Source of the DNA: a virus
Lineage: Duplodnaviria; Caudoviricetes
Length of the DNA: 56,888 bases
Virus record (IMG/VR): IMGVR_UViG_3300023292_000011
Span: 1 to 56,888 of that record
Strand: one strand, 5' to 3'
Part shown: in pieces, positions 30,438 through 39,053 of the stretch
Position numbering within the stretch: position 1 is the first letter of the stretch
Layout of the letters: the number at the start of each line of letters is the position of its first letter
Translations under genes and position numbers: made by a program
The notes under the pieces: generated by a model
Databases searched by the model: none
Told to the model about the DNA's origin: nothing
Seen by the model: only the letters and a program-made list of their open reading frames with translations

Positions 30438-30480
30438 GTGTACTTGAGTGGTACTCAAGTGGTACTCAGGTGGTACTTGA
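30438..30480. repeat. Tandem 11-bp GTGGTACTYRR repeats, putative operator
   Basis: GTGTACTTGA GTGGTACTCAA GTGGTACTCAG GTGGTACTTGA over the predicted transcription start. Confidence 0.7.
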
Positions 30481-30505
30481 ACAATAAGAAAAAGGAGGTG
30501 AAATA

Positions 30506-30661
30506 GTGACCGACAAAGATGAAGACAACAAAATAAGAAAGGTTTTTCATTTAATGTCAGATACAGATGATTATGTGGAGAAACAAAGTAAAGAATTAGG
30601 TTTATCAAGAGGACAAGTAGTTGACAAGCTTGTACGAGAAAAAAAGAAAAGAGGAAAGTAA
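30506..30661 (+). CDS. Ribbon-helix-helix DNA-binding protein (51 aa, not in ORF track)
   Basis: AAGGAGGTGA RBS, GTG start; IRKVFHL strand then helix-GLSRGQVVDKLV. Confidence 0.7.
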   Translation: MTDKDEDNKIRKVFHLMSDTDDYVEKQSKELGLSRGQVVDKLVREKKKRGK

Positions 30662-31024
30662 ATGAGTCATGTATTAACAATTATTGCACAGAATGGTGGA
30701 TCAGTACCTTATACAAGAAAAGAAAACAGCTTATGGCCTGGTGAAGAGTTTCAGGAACTTGACAATGGTAAAGAAGAGAAGACAGATGCAACAGGCAGAG
30801 TAGTAAAAGGAATTACAAAGTACGGTGTCATATGGGCCTCAATAGAAGGTTCAGGAAGATTCATAGGAAAATATTCAAAAATATCTCACATTAAGACTGT
30901 AGTTGAAATGATAAATGGAGCTTTTGATGATGAAGAGGAATACTTTGTTATGCCAACTCAGACAGAACTTAAACAGATAATTAAAGATACCAAGGGTGAT
31001 GTTCCTGCATATTTTAGAAACTAA
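30662..31024 (+). CDS. Hypothetical protein
   Basis: GAGG RBS; abuts RHH gene. Confidence 0.65.
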   Translation: MSHVLTIIAQNGGSVPYTRKENSLWPGEEFQELDNGKEEKTDATGRVVKGITKYGVIWASIEGSGRFIGKYSKISHIKTVVEMINGAFDDEEEYFVMPTQTELKQIIKDTKGDVPAYFRN

Positions 31025-31026
31025 AA

Positions 31027-31266
31027 ATGACAAAGCCACTTAAAATTATATGTCAGAACTGCTTTTGCATATTCAGAGACTATGAAGCTACCAATGGTTG
31101 CTTATCTCCACAGATAGATGTGAAGATGTGTCCGCAAAGATTGCTCTATCACAGGATAGCAGCGAAGATGAAAAGCATTAAGACAGGCAATGAAGGTAAG
31201 AGTCTTTGGTTAAAGGAAACAAGAAACTTTAAGAGAGAGTTTTTAACAAGGGTTAGAGAGGGATAG
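31027..31266 (+). CDS. Hypothetical Cys-containing protein
   Basis: ORF in operon. Confidence 0.5.
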   Translation: MTKPLKIICQNCFCIFRDYEATNGCLSPQIDVKMCPQRLLYHRIAAKMKSIKTGNEGKSLWLKETRNFKREFLTRVREG

Positions 31267-31268
31267 AT

Positions 31269-31466
31269 ATGAAAGTACATTATTTTGAACAAGAAAAAGC
31301 AGATGAAGATGATGGTATTTTAAATATGGCTAAAGCACAAGGGTATGTGCCTTGCACTTGTTTATTAGGTGGCAACACTGTAATGGGATTAGTTCTTTCT
31401 GGTCATAACCCTTGCAGCGGTTGTAAGTGTGATAGAGCTAAATGCAAAAGCGACTTTAAATCATGA
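31269..31466 (+). CDS. Small Cys-rich hypothetical protein
   Basis: GAGG RBS; PCSGCKCDRAKC. Confidence 0.6.
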   Translation: MKVHYFEQEKADEDDGILNMAKAQGYVPCTCLLGGNTVMGLVLSGHNPCSGCKCDRAKCKSDFKS

Positions 31467-32455
31467 CAGATACAAGAATGAAAACCACTTATTCACTTTG
31501 GGCTTTATTCAAGAATTGCAGAAAGAAATGTGAAATAAGGTACTTGCTTGAATATGTGTCACCTGATAAGAATGATAATTTCACATACGGTACACTCATA
31601 CATAACTGCTTAGAACACTGGTACAAGACTGACGAAAGAAACTTTGATGCTGAACTTACTGAAGCTGAATTGAAGATAGACCAAGAAATAAAATCTATTG
31701 CAATGATGGATGAATACTTAAATGTATATCCTACTGAAGATTTTAAAGTAATTGAAGTTGAATATGAGTTTGAAGATGACATTATTAATCCAGAAACAGG
31801 ACACAAGAGCAGAAGCTTTAAACTTGGCGGTAAGGTAGATGGAATAGTTCAGAAACCTGATGGCACATACTGGATACTTGAGCATAAGACAGCAAGCACT
31901 ATTGATGCAGGATATATCAGTAAGTTATGGACTGACTTTCAAATACTGCTCTATGCTTATTCCGTTGAAAGAACTCTTGACATCAAAATAGAAGGTATTA
32001 TTTATAACATACTTGGTAAGTGTGGTTTAAAGATGGGTAAGGGTGAATCAGAAGCGGAATATCAGACAAGATACGATGTTCTTGTTGCTAAATCTAAATC
32101 AGGTAAGAGTTCAGCTAAACGAAAGATGTCAGAAACAGAAGATATGTTCTTTGATAGATGCACAGAGTGGTATCAGGATAAGTCAAATCAGGTATTTCAT
32201 AGAGAGGAGATACTATTAGATAGAAATAGAATAAAAGAGCTTCAGATAGAATTATGGGATCTTACAAAGAGTTTCCTTGAAGCACAAAAGAGAGGAGTGT
32301 TTTATAAAAACAATACATTTTGTACTCAATTCAATAGTCTTTGTGAGTATTATCAATATTGTTCTTCAGGAGAGAACCCAATGATACTTGAGAACTTCTT
32401 TATAAAAAAAGAAGCACATGAAGAATTAACAACAGAAAAAGAAAAAGTATTTTAA
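31463..32455 (+). CDS. PD-(D/E)XK exonuclease (RecB/Cas4-like)
   Basis: GTLIH, LGGKVDG..ILEHKT, QILLY; one N-terminal plus three C-terminal Cys. Confidence 0.9.
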   Translation: MTDTRMKTTYSLWALFKNCRKKCEIRYLLEYVSPDKNDNFTYGTLIHNCLEHWYKTDERNFDAELTEAELKIDQEIKSIAMMDEYLNVYPTEDFKVIEVEYEFEDDIINPETGHKSRSFKLGGKVDGIVQKPDGTYWILEHKTASTIDAGYISKLWTDFQILLYAYSVERTLDIKIEGIIYNILGKCGLKMGKGESEAEYQTRYDVLVAKSKSGKSSAKRKMSETEDMFFDRCTEWYQDKSNQVFHREEILLDRNRIKELQIELWDLTKSFLEAQKRGVFYKNNTFCTQFNSLCEYYQYCSSGENPMILENFFIKKEAHEELTTEKEKVF

Positions 32456-32553
32456 TGGGAGAACATTCTAATTATTTGATAGAAGAATATTACAATAATT
32501 TATTAGACGATAATTATGGATATCCCACAGAAGAAGATTATGAAGGAGATAAA

Positions 32554-33303
32554 ATGTTACCAACAAAAAAATCAGAAATAATTACAGATTTCAGTCAGTA
32601 TAGCATATTAATGTATGGAATAGCGAAAATAGGAAAGAGTACATTCTGTTCTAACGCAGAAAAAGCATTGTTCATTGCAACGGAACAAGGACTCAACACT
32701 CTTTCAGTATATAAGATAGATACATTAAATTGGCAAGAGTTCCTTGATGCTTGTGCATTGATAGCAGAAGGTAAGCATGATTACAAAACAATAATCATTG
32801 ATACAGTAGATAATCTTTATACATTCTGTGAAGAATACATTTGTAAAAAGTATGGTGTTGATGCTCCTAATGATGGGGTTCTTAGTTTCGGTAAAGGTTC
32901 AGCACTTATACTTAATGAGTTCAGAAGAGTTTTGAATAAGCTTGCAAGTATGCCTTACGGACTCATAATGACAAGCCATGCTTATGACAAGGATGTAGAT
33001 GATCGTACAGGCAAGTACACAAAAACAGTTCCCACAATACCAGATGCAAAGAAAAGCAGCCCTTACAGGTTTATTACAGGCTTTGTTGATATGATTCTAT
33101 TCTGTTCACAGGAGAAGGCTAAAGTTGATGGAGAACTTAAAACGGTAAGAGTGATTAATACAAAACCTTCAATGAGTTTTGATGCAGGAGACAGATCAGG
33201 TAAGTTACCTGCTAAGTTACCATTGGACTTTAATAAATTCATAGCATACTTCAACACAGCAACAAAAACAAATACAATCACAACAAAGAAAGAGGTAAAA
33301 TAA
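32554..33303 (+). CDS. Sak4-like AAA ATPase / single-strand annealing protein
   Basis: Walker A GIAKIGKS, Walker B IIIDT; AAGGAG RBS before ATG 32554 (ORF track starts at 32455). Confidence 0.85.
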   Translation: MLPTKKSEIITDFSQYSILMYGIAKIGKSTFCSNAEKALFIATEQGLNTLSVYKIDTLNWQEFLDACALIAEGKHDYKTIIIDTVDNLYTFCEEYICKKYGVDAPNDGVLSFGKGSALILNEFRRVLNKLASMPYGLIMTSHAYDKDVDDRTGKYTKTVPTIPDAKKSSPYRFITGFVDMILFCSQEKAKVDGELKTVRVINTKPSMSFDAGDRSGKLPAKLPLDFNKFIAYFNTATKTNTITTKKEVK

Positions 33304-33752
33304 TGTTAGATCTTACAGTTTATGATGAAATTTATGAAGCAACAGAAGTAGAAGAGCAGAAGACAGACTTTAAACCAATACCTGATGGCAATTACAATGT
33401 TATGATAATGGAAGCTGAACTTGAAGAAACCAAAGAGTCAAGAAAGCCTATGATTGTGCTTCAAATGAAAGTTATGGTAGGCAATCATACAAACAGAGTT
33501 CTTTTCAAAAACTCAGTTATCAATTCAGCAAAAAGCCTTAAATATATCAAGAAAGATTTTGCAGTATGTGGACTGAAACTTGATAAATTCTCAGATATTG
33601 AAAACAGAGTAAGTGAACTCATAGGACTTAAACTTGAAATTTATGTAAAAAATAAAGGTGAGAACCAGAATGTTTATATCAACAAGTGCATAGATGATAT
33701 GTCCATTGATGAAAGTAACAGTATTACTTCAGGTTACAGTAATCCGTTTTAG
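33303..33752 (+). CDS. DUF669-like ssDNA-binding protein
   Basis: FKPIPDGNY motif, C-terminal NPF, follows the Sak4-like gene. Confidence 0.8.
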   Translation: MLDLTVYDEIYEATEVEEQKTDFKPIPDGNYNVMIMEAELEETKESRKPMIVLQMKVMVGNHTNRVLFKNSVINSAKSLKYIKKDFAVCGLKLDKFSDIENRVSELIGLKLEIYVKNKGENQNVYINKCIDDMSIDESNSITSGYSNPF

Positions 33753-33778
33753 CATAAACCATTGCAAGCGGTTTGACT

Positions 33779-33787
33779 TGCTATAAT
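33779..33787 (+). promoter_or_regulatory. Extended -10 promoter
   Basis: TGCTATAAT perfect TGnTATAAT, upstream of the first tRNA-like element. Confidence 0.5.
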
Positions 33788-33825
33788 TAATATTTTTAGT
33801 GGCCTTTTAATATTAATTTAAATGT

Positions 33826-33870
33826 TCAGCTGGCAGTGGTGCTTTACTTGGTTCGATTCCAGGCGGCTGA
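33826..33870 (+). ncRNA. Miniature tRNA-like element 1 (acceptor-like stem, small D-like hairpin, T-arm; no anticodon arm)
   Basis: TCAGCTG/CGGCTGA stem; GCA-GTGG-TGC; CTTGG-TTCGATT-CCAGG. Confidence 0.6.
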
Positions 33871-33939
33871 GTTTGAAAGGGAGGTAAATATGGAAAAGCA
33901 ATGCCGCCGGCATTTGTAAAAAGAATATAGGAGTGTGAT

Positions 33940-34212
33940 ATGATTACAAAAACATTTATATGTGATAAGTGCGGAAAATCAGTGGGTGAGACAGATCTCA
34001 TCAATCTCAAAATCAATGCAAAACTGGTAACCAGCCGCAGTCAACAGCTTGTAGAGAAAGACATTTGTAAAGAATGTCTGAAGACCAAGGGTATCTTAAC
34101 TGAGAGAAAAGAAGGTACTTCCTCTGAAGATCTAATGGTAAACAACGCCAAAACATTTAGAGACAAGTTTATAGAGCTCTTGAATGATCTCGAAGTGGTA
34201 TTCGAGGAGTAG
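33940..34212 (+). CDS. Zinc-finger hypothetical protein
   Basis: CDKCG...CKEC; AGGAG RBS. Confidence 0.7.
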   Translation: MITKTFICDKCGKSVGETDLINLKINAKLVTSRSQQLVEKDICKECLKTKGILTERKEGTSSEDLMVNNAKTFRDKFIELLNDLEVVFEE

Positions 34213-34220
34213 CTTATATT

Positions 34221-34278
34221 TCAGTCGGCTATGGTTAGCAACATCCCGAATGTTTCAGGTTCGATTCCTGGCGACTGA
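34221..34278 (+). ncRNA. Miniature tRNA-like element 2 (compact cloverleaf)
   Basis: TCAGTCG/CGACTGA stem; GCTA-TGGT-TAGC; AACAT-CCCGA-ATGTT; TCAGG-TTCGATT-CCTGG. Confidence 0.65.
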
Positions 34279-34296
34279 GTTTGAAAGGAGAATGTT

Positions 34297-34593
34297 ATGA
34301 AAGAAAAAACAGAATATTTGATAATGGAACTATCTAATGTCACTTTGACTTGTCCTTTTTGCGGAAATACAGGACATATAGCTTTACTCGAAAACGAGTT
34401 TCAAAAGTTAGAACATGCTTTTGAAACAAGATTCTTTAATTTATATAACGCAATAAAATGCAATAAATGTTCAGCTAAGGGGCCAAGTATAAGCGGTGGG
34501 CGGTGTAGTTATGGCACGGTTGGGTACTATAGTGAGATAAAAGAAGCAGTTAAATTGTGGCAGCAGCAACTTAAAATTTTGTATAAAATGTAA
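34297..34593 (+). CDS. Lar-like restriction-alleviation zinc-finger protein
   Basis: CPFCG...CNKCSAKGP...EAVKLW pattern. Confidence 0.6.
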   Translation: MKEKTEYLIMELSNVTLTCPFCGNTGHIALLENEFQKLEHAFETRFFNLYNAIKCNKCSAKGPSISGGRCSYGTVGYYSEIKEAVKLWQQQLKILYKM

Positions 34594-34792
34594 AAATGCT
34601 TATGTTTCTCAGTTTGAAAGGGAGGTAAGCAATGAAAGTTTCTATCCTTGTTATAGTTGGCACTGTCGCGCGACGAACAGCAAGAGAAGGTAAAGATATT
34701 GCTGATAACACAAGTGCAAAAAGAGGTTAATCCTTGACTGAGTATCTTGCAAGTCGCATGGAAAAAGTTATTGCTTTAGAGGATGATAAGTA

Positions 34793-35926
34793 ATGAATAT
34801 TTTATCACTTTTTGACGGTATGAGTTGCGGACAAATAGCACTTAATGAGCTTGGCATAGATTATGATAATTATTATGCGAGTGAAATAGACAAATATGCT
34901 ATGAAAGTTACTCAAGCTAATTATCCAAATACTATTCAATTAGGTGATGTTGTGAAAGCTTCTAATCATCTCGGGGTATTCCCTGATATGCTCGGTAAGA
35001 TAGATTTGCTTATGGCAGGAAGTCCATGTCAAGGATTCAGTTTCGCAGGTAAACAATTAAACTTTGAGGATGATAGAAGTAAGTTATTTTTTGAATTTAT
35101 TAAAATTAAAAATGCAGTTAAGCCTAAATATTGGTTGCTTGAAAATGTGAAGATGAAAAAAGAATATCAGGATGTGATTTCTAAATTGCTCGGCGTTCAG
35201 CCTATTCAGATTAATTCAGCTTTAGTGTCAGCACAAAACAGAAAAAGATTATACTGGACAAATATCCAAAATATATTACAGCCAGAAGATAAAAGTATTA
35301 TGCTAAAGGATATAGTACATGAATATCTTGATGAAATATTGGATATCAATATTGACACTTTTAATATAAATCCATCTGGAAAAGGAATGAATGGAAATGT
35401 TTATTCTATAAATAAGCCTAAAAGTAATTGTTTAACTACAAATAAAGGAGAAGGTTCAAGAATGTCAGTTGCAATAGCTGAATATATTGTTCCATTTGAT
35501 AAAACTCTTCAAATATTAGATAAAGAAGTTGAAAGAGGTAAAGTAGGTTATTTTAGAAAAGATTCTCAGGCTAATAGAGTTTATTACATACATGATAAGG
35601 CAGTAACATTATGCGGTGATGCAGGTGGTGGTGCAGCAAAGATGGGTCAGTATTTATTTGGTTGCATAACACCCGATAGGATAAACAAAAGACAGAATGG
35701 ACAACGATTTTCAGATGGAAAGAAATTTTATACTCTTACAGCACAAGACAAGCATGGAGTTTTAATTGAAGGATATATAAGGAAACTTACACCGATAGAG
35801 TGCGAGAGACTTCAAACAGTGCCAGATAATTATACTAATCATGTCAGCAACTCTCAGCGTTACAAAATGCTTGGCAACGGTTGGACAATAGCAGTAATAA
35901 AGCACATACTTAAAAATATCATTTGA
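34793..35926 (+). CDS. DNA cytosine-C5 methyltransferase
   Basis: SLFDGMSC, GSPCQGFS, ENV, QNRKRLYW, RKLTPIECERLQ, LGNGW. Confidence 0.95.
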   Translation: MNILSLFDGMSCGQIALNELGIDYDNYYASEIDKYAMKVTQANYPNTIQLGDVVKASNHLGVFPDMLGKIDLLMAGSPCQGFSFAGKQLNFEDDRSKLFFEFIKIKNAVKPKYWLLENVKMKKEYQDVISKLLGVQPIQINSALVSAQNRKRLYWTNIQNILQPEDKSIMLKDIVHEYLDEILDINIDTFNINPSGKGMNGNVYSINKPKSNCLTTNKGEGSRMSVAIAEYIVPFDKTLQILDKEVERGKVGYFRKDSQANRVYYIHDKAVTLCGDAGGGAAKMGQYLFGCITPDRINKRQNGQRFSDGKKFYTLTAQDKHGVLIEGYIRKLTPIECERLQTVPDNYTNHVSNSQRYKMLGNGWTIAVIKHILKNII

Positions 35927-35951
35927 CTGAAAACATTTAAAGCATTATAAT
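35923..35951 (+). promoter_or_regulatory. Sigma70 promoter for replication genes
   Basis: TTGACT-17-TATAAT. Confidence 0.8.
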
Positions 35952-35971
35952 ATATATGTTTGGTAACAGGC

Positions 35972-36128
35972 AGGTGACGGCAAGCACCTTTTGCAAGGAT
36001 AGGAAACAACGACATGAACAATAAAATTAATAGCCTTTTAGGGTATAAAAATATAGAGAAGACTTACTTGCGACTTGCCAAAATCGTTTCCGAGTCTTTT
36101 CTTTTTTTTATCCCTATTAGGCTTTTTT
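35972..36128 (+). promoter_or_regulatory. Structured leader/attenuator upstream of the initiator gene
   Basis: Hairpin loop ACGGCAAG complementary to CTTGCC inside a long hairpin ending AGGCTTTTTT. Confidence 0.6.
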
Positions 36129-36146
36129 ATTATCAGGAGGTTTGTA

Positions 36147-37286
36147 ATGAATAAACTTACAGGAATTTTTTCAAAAGGATATGGCATTATTCCAAAGGCT
36201 TTTATGAAAGATAAAGAAATATCTAAAAACGCTAAATTGATAATGGCTTATTTCTTGTCTTTTACAGGAGGAGGTAAAATAGAATGTTATCCTAAAGTGG
36301 AAACTATAACAGAAGACTTAGGCATAGCAAGAGCAACTTTCTTCAAATCAATAAAAGAATTAGAGGAGTTAAATTTACTTTCAAAAGTTAAAAAAATACC
36401 AAATAGTCCTATACAATCTAACAAATATATCATCAAAATGATTGATTTTACTCAGAGTTCACCCAGTGAATTGCCAAGGGCAACGAATGTTACCACCCAG
36501 AGTTCAGCCAGTGAACTCTCCATACTTAATAATAACATACTTAATAATAACAAGCTTAATAATAGGAAAGAGTCTAAAGACTCTTATTATGTTGAAACAA
36601 GCTCAACATCTTCTTTTACGGAAAAGAAAGTAGAAGAATCAGAATCCAAAAGTACACCGTACAAGGAAGTCTTTGAGTTCTACCAGACCCTTGGTTTAAT
36701 AAAACATAGAAAATACATTCCTGCTATGAGAAGAGCAATGGAAAAGGCTAAAAGGGATTTAGGTGTAGATGCAGAAGAAATGAAAAGAATGCTTCAAAGA
36801 CATAAAGATAGAGTAGAAACTTCTAAGGGCTTTAAGGTAAAAGGTGAATCAAGATCCGTAAAAGCAAGAACTCTAAGCACCTTCTTCGGTCAAACTAAAT
36901 GTAATAGCATAGAATTAATATGTGCTGAGTATACAGATGATGCATTTAAAACTAAAATATATTCAAATAAAGGAGCTCTCCATGTAAGAGACATCGTAAA
37001 AGAAGAAAAGGAACAGTCCTTCGCATTACACAGAGCAGAGCAAGAGAGAGAGTTCATAAAAGAACGAAACATATATGATAGAGTTGGCAGAAGATTTGAT
37101 GAAAGAGATAAAGCTAAAGAGGATGCTGAATATCAGATAGCAGCAAAAAGAGGAGACACACAGTTTCCTTCTAAGTGGAGACTTCTAATAGCAACATACG
37201 CTAAGTCACCTGAAGATTATAATGCAAAGATAGCGTATTCAGTAAAGAACCAGGGTGTACCAGAAGAGTACATGAGAGAGGGATGA
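36147..37286 (+). CDS. Replication initiator with N-terminal winged HTH (lambda O/DnaD-like role)
   Basis: AGGAGG RBS before ATG 36147; YGIIPK..ISKNAKLI..CYPKVETITEDLGI..IKELEELNLL; internal iterons. Confidence 0.8.
   Translation: MNKLTGIFSKGYGIIPKAFMKDKEISKNAKLIMAYFLSFTGGGKIECYPKVETITEDLGIARATFFKSIKELEELNLLSKVKKIPNSPIQSNKYIIKMIDFTQSSPSELPRATNVTTQSSASELSILNNNILNNNKLNNRKESKDSYYVETSSTSSFTEKKVEESESKSTPYKEVFEFYQTLGLIKHRKYIPAMRRAMEKAKRDLGVDAEEMKRMLQRHKDRVETSKGFKVKGESRSVKARTLSTFFGQTKCNSIELICAEYTDDAFKTKIYSNKGALHVRDIVKEEKEQSFALHRAEQEREFIKERNIYDRVGRRFDERDKAKEDAEYQIAAKRGDTQFPSKWRLLIATYAKSPEDYNAKIAYSVKNQGVPEEYMREG
36450..36565. other. Putative replication origin inside the initiator gene
   Basis: Two ACYCAGAGTTCASCCAGTGAA repeats followed by three AT-rich 15-mers (CATACTTAATAATAA x2, CAAGCTTAATAATAG). 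Confidence 0.65.
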
Positions 37287-37501
37287 TGATGAAAAGAACA
37301 CCTATAGATTTAACTGATAAGGAAATGGAAGAAGTGTATAGAGCTTTATTTTTATCTTTGAATGAAAGAAACTCATATTGGAATATAGGCAGAACGAGAG
37401 TGTTCAATCATCTTTTGAATAAATTAAATTTTAGTTCTTGTGATAGAAAATATGGTAAAAGAATCATGAGTAATTTTTATAATTTCAAAGATGAAGATTA
37501 A
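37283..37501 (+). CDS. Hypothetical protein
   Basis: ORF coupled to initiator. Confidence 0.55.
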   Translation: MMMKRTPIDLTDKEMEEVYRALFLSLNERNSYWNIGRTRVFNHLLNKLNFSSCDRKYGKRIMSNFYNFKDED

Positions 37502-37516
37502 AGAAAGGATTAAATA

Positions 37517-37744
37517 ATGAAAAAATCATTTAACATCGAATGGGATATTTTAGGTGCTGAGTTAGCAAATTTATCTGATTCAGAACAGGCAAACTTCTTT
37601 CATGGATTTGCTAAAGAACTTGATTCTTGGCCTTCTCATTATGTAAGAGAAATGCAAATGGTATCTATCAATCTTAAATTGGACGATAAGGTTAGAGATA
37701 CTTTAGAAAAATATTTATCAACTATATTTTTAAGAAAGGATTAA
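37517..37744 (+). CDS. Hypothetical protein
   Basis: Preceded by the repeated junction GAAAGGATTAAATAATG. Confidence 0.65.
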   Translation: MKKSFNIEWDILGAELANLSDSEQANFFHGFAKELDSWPSHYVREMQMVSINLKLDDKVRDTLEKYLSTIFLRKD

Positions 37745-37747
37745 ATA

Positions 37748-37999
37748 ATGCCAACAGAAATTAAAGCTTATAAGTGTCAATATTGCAAAGGTAAGTTTCT
37801 TAGAGTCTCAAAGAAAGCAGTTGAGAGACATGAAGAGAGAGCATGTTTATTGAATCCAGATAGAAAAACTTGCTTAACTTGTGAACATTTAAAAGAGGGG
37901 GATGCAGGTAAATATTGTGATATTGAAAAAACAGAAGGTATGGGATATTATTTAAAACTTAAAGTTAAGTGTCCATATTACTGTAAAAGAAAGGATTAA
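37748..37999 (+). CDS. Cys-rich zinc-finger protein
   Basis: YKCQYCK..HE..C, CLTCEH. Confidence 0.7.
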   Translation: MPTEIKAYKCQYCKGKFLRVSKKAVERHEERACLLNPDRKTCLTCEHLKEGDAGKYCDIEKTEGMGYYLKLKVKCPYYCKRKD

Positions 38000-38002
38000 A
38001 TA

Positions 38003-38431
38003 ATGACAGCTGTAAGATTTTTTGAACTTGAAGCTAAGAAGATAGCAAAGGCAATCAATGGCAAGGTTATATTCGACGAAACTTATAAAGTGTGGCTGAT
38101 TTCATCTCCGTTGGTAGTGGTTGCAATCAAAGGAGAGGACTCTGAATGGTTGAAGTTTCCAAACCTTGACTGTGATGTAATATGTGCCGAGAGCGCAACA
38201 ACTTTTGATATGTGCAAAGGAACATTCTTTGCGACCGATCTTCCATTTGCGGAGAATTGTATTGATAACATTATCAAAATTATTAATATGCTTCACGAAG
38301 AACCGTTTGTCAGTCTGTCGGATACAGATATCTCCGAGTTGAATGTTAAAAATATTGAACTTATCGAAGATATGGTGCATGAGACAGAGTTTTATGAGAA
38401 TGTGTTGAATGTAATTAAAAGGAATATGTGA
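38003..38431 (+). CDS. Hypothetical protein
   Basis: Repeated junction RBS. Confidence 0.65.
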   Translation: MTAVRFFELEAKKIAKAINGKVIFDETYKVWLISSPLVVVAIKGEDSEWLKFPNLDCDVICAESATTFDMCKGTFFATDLPFAENCIDNIIKIINMLHEEPFVSLSDTDISELNVKNIELIEDMVHETEFYENVLNVIKRNM

Positions 38432-38435
38432 AACA

Positions 38436-38693
38436 ATGTTCAAAGTAATTATTGAAGTTGAAACAAGATTAGAAGCGTGTGATATTTTTAGTGAAAATAT
38501 GGCTTCAGGTAGAAAGATGCAAATTAAAGATGAAAATGATTTTTGTATAGTGGCTTCAGGTGAATGTGACAAATTTATAGAAGCAATGTCTAAAACTGAA
38601 AATTTATCACATAATCATTGTGATATACCTATTTTTCCTACAACAGCAACAAAGAACTGGATAAGACCCTTTTACGATAAATTAAGAAAGTGA
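38436..38693 (+). CDS. Hypothetical protein
   Basis: ORF in operon. Confidence 0.55.
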   Translation: MFKVIIEVETRLEACDIFSENMASGRKMQIKDENDFCIVASGECDKFIEAMSKTENLSHNHCDIPIFPTTATKNWIRPFYDKLRK

Positions 38694-38704
38694 GGTAGAT
38701 TAAT

Positions 38705-38857
38705 ATGAAATGTCCTGTGTGTAAAGGTTGGGGATTTTTGATACTGTGTGATGGTGGCCCAATTAATCATGTCGATTGTACAGAATGTAAAAACTCTGGG
38801 AAAGTTAGTTTCAAACAATGGATTATCTACCAAATGAGAGATAAAGAGGTGAAATAA
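38705..38857 (+). CDS. Small DnaJ-type zinc-finger protein (50 aa, not in track)
   Basis: GAGGT RBS; CPVCKGWG...CTECKNSG. Confidence 0.6.
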   Translation: MKCPVCKGWGFLILCDGGPINHVDCTECKNSGKVSFKQWIIYQMRDKEVK

Positions 38858-39053
38858 AATTTGGAAACTCAAACTCAGCAAGACTACTGACAGTGATTGG
38901 TGTACTGCTTATTTTCAAACTCAAGCATTACAGAGACAAAGAAACAAAGATGCAAGGGCGTGTATTGACAATGCTTGTAAACTCAAATATGTAAATGGCT
39001 TCACCGATGATCGTAAAAATGAATTACCAGATTATTTACTTTAGGAACTAACA

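Noticed and set aside
30438-30480. Mini CRISPR array
   Set aside because: 11-bp contiguous units with no spacers; better explained as an operator.
31463-32455. CRISPR-associated Cas4
   Set aside because: No other cas genes or array; the Sak4/DUF669 context indicates a recombination exonuclease.
33871-34625. CRISPR-like repeats (GTTTGAAAG resembles repeat ends)
   Set aside because: Only 10-15 bp are shared, they are separated by whole genes, and each runs into an RBS.
36075-36146. N-terminal hydrophobic extension of the initiator in the ORF track
   Set aside because: It translates the U-rich leader hairpin; AGGAGG supports ATG 36147.
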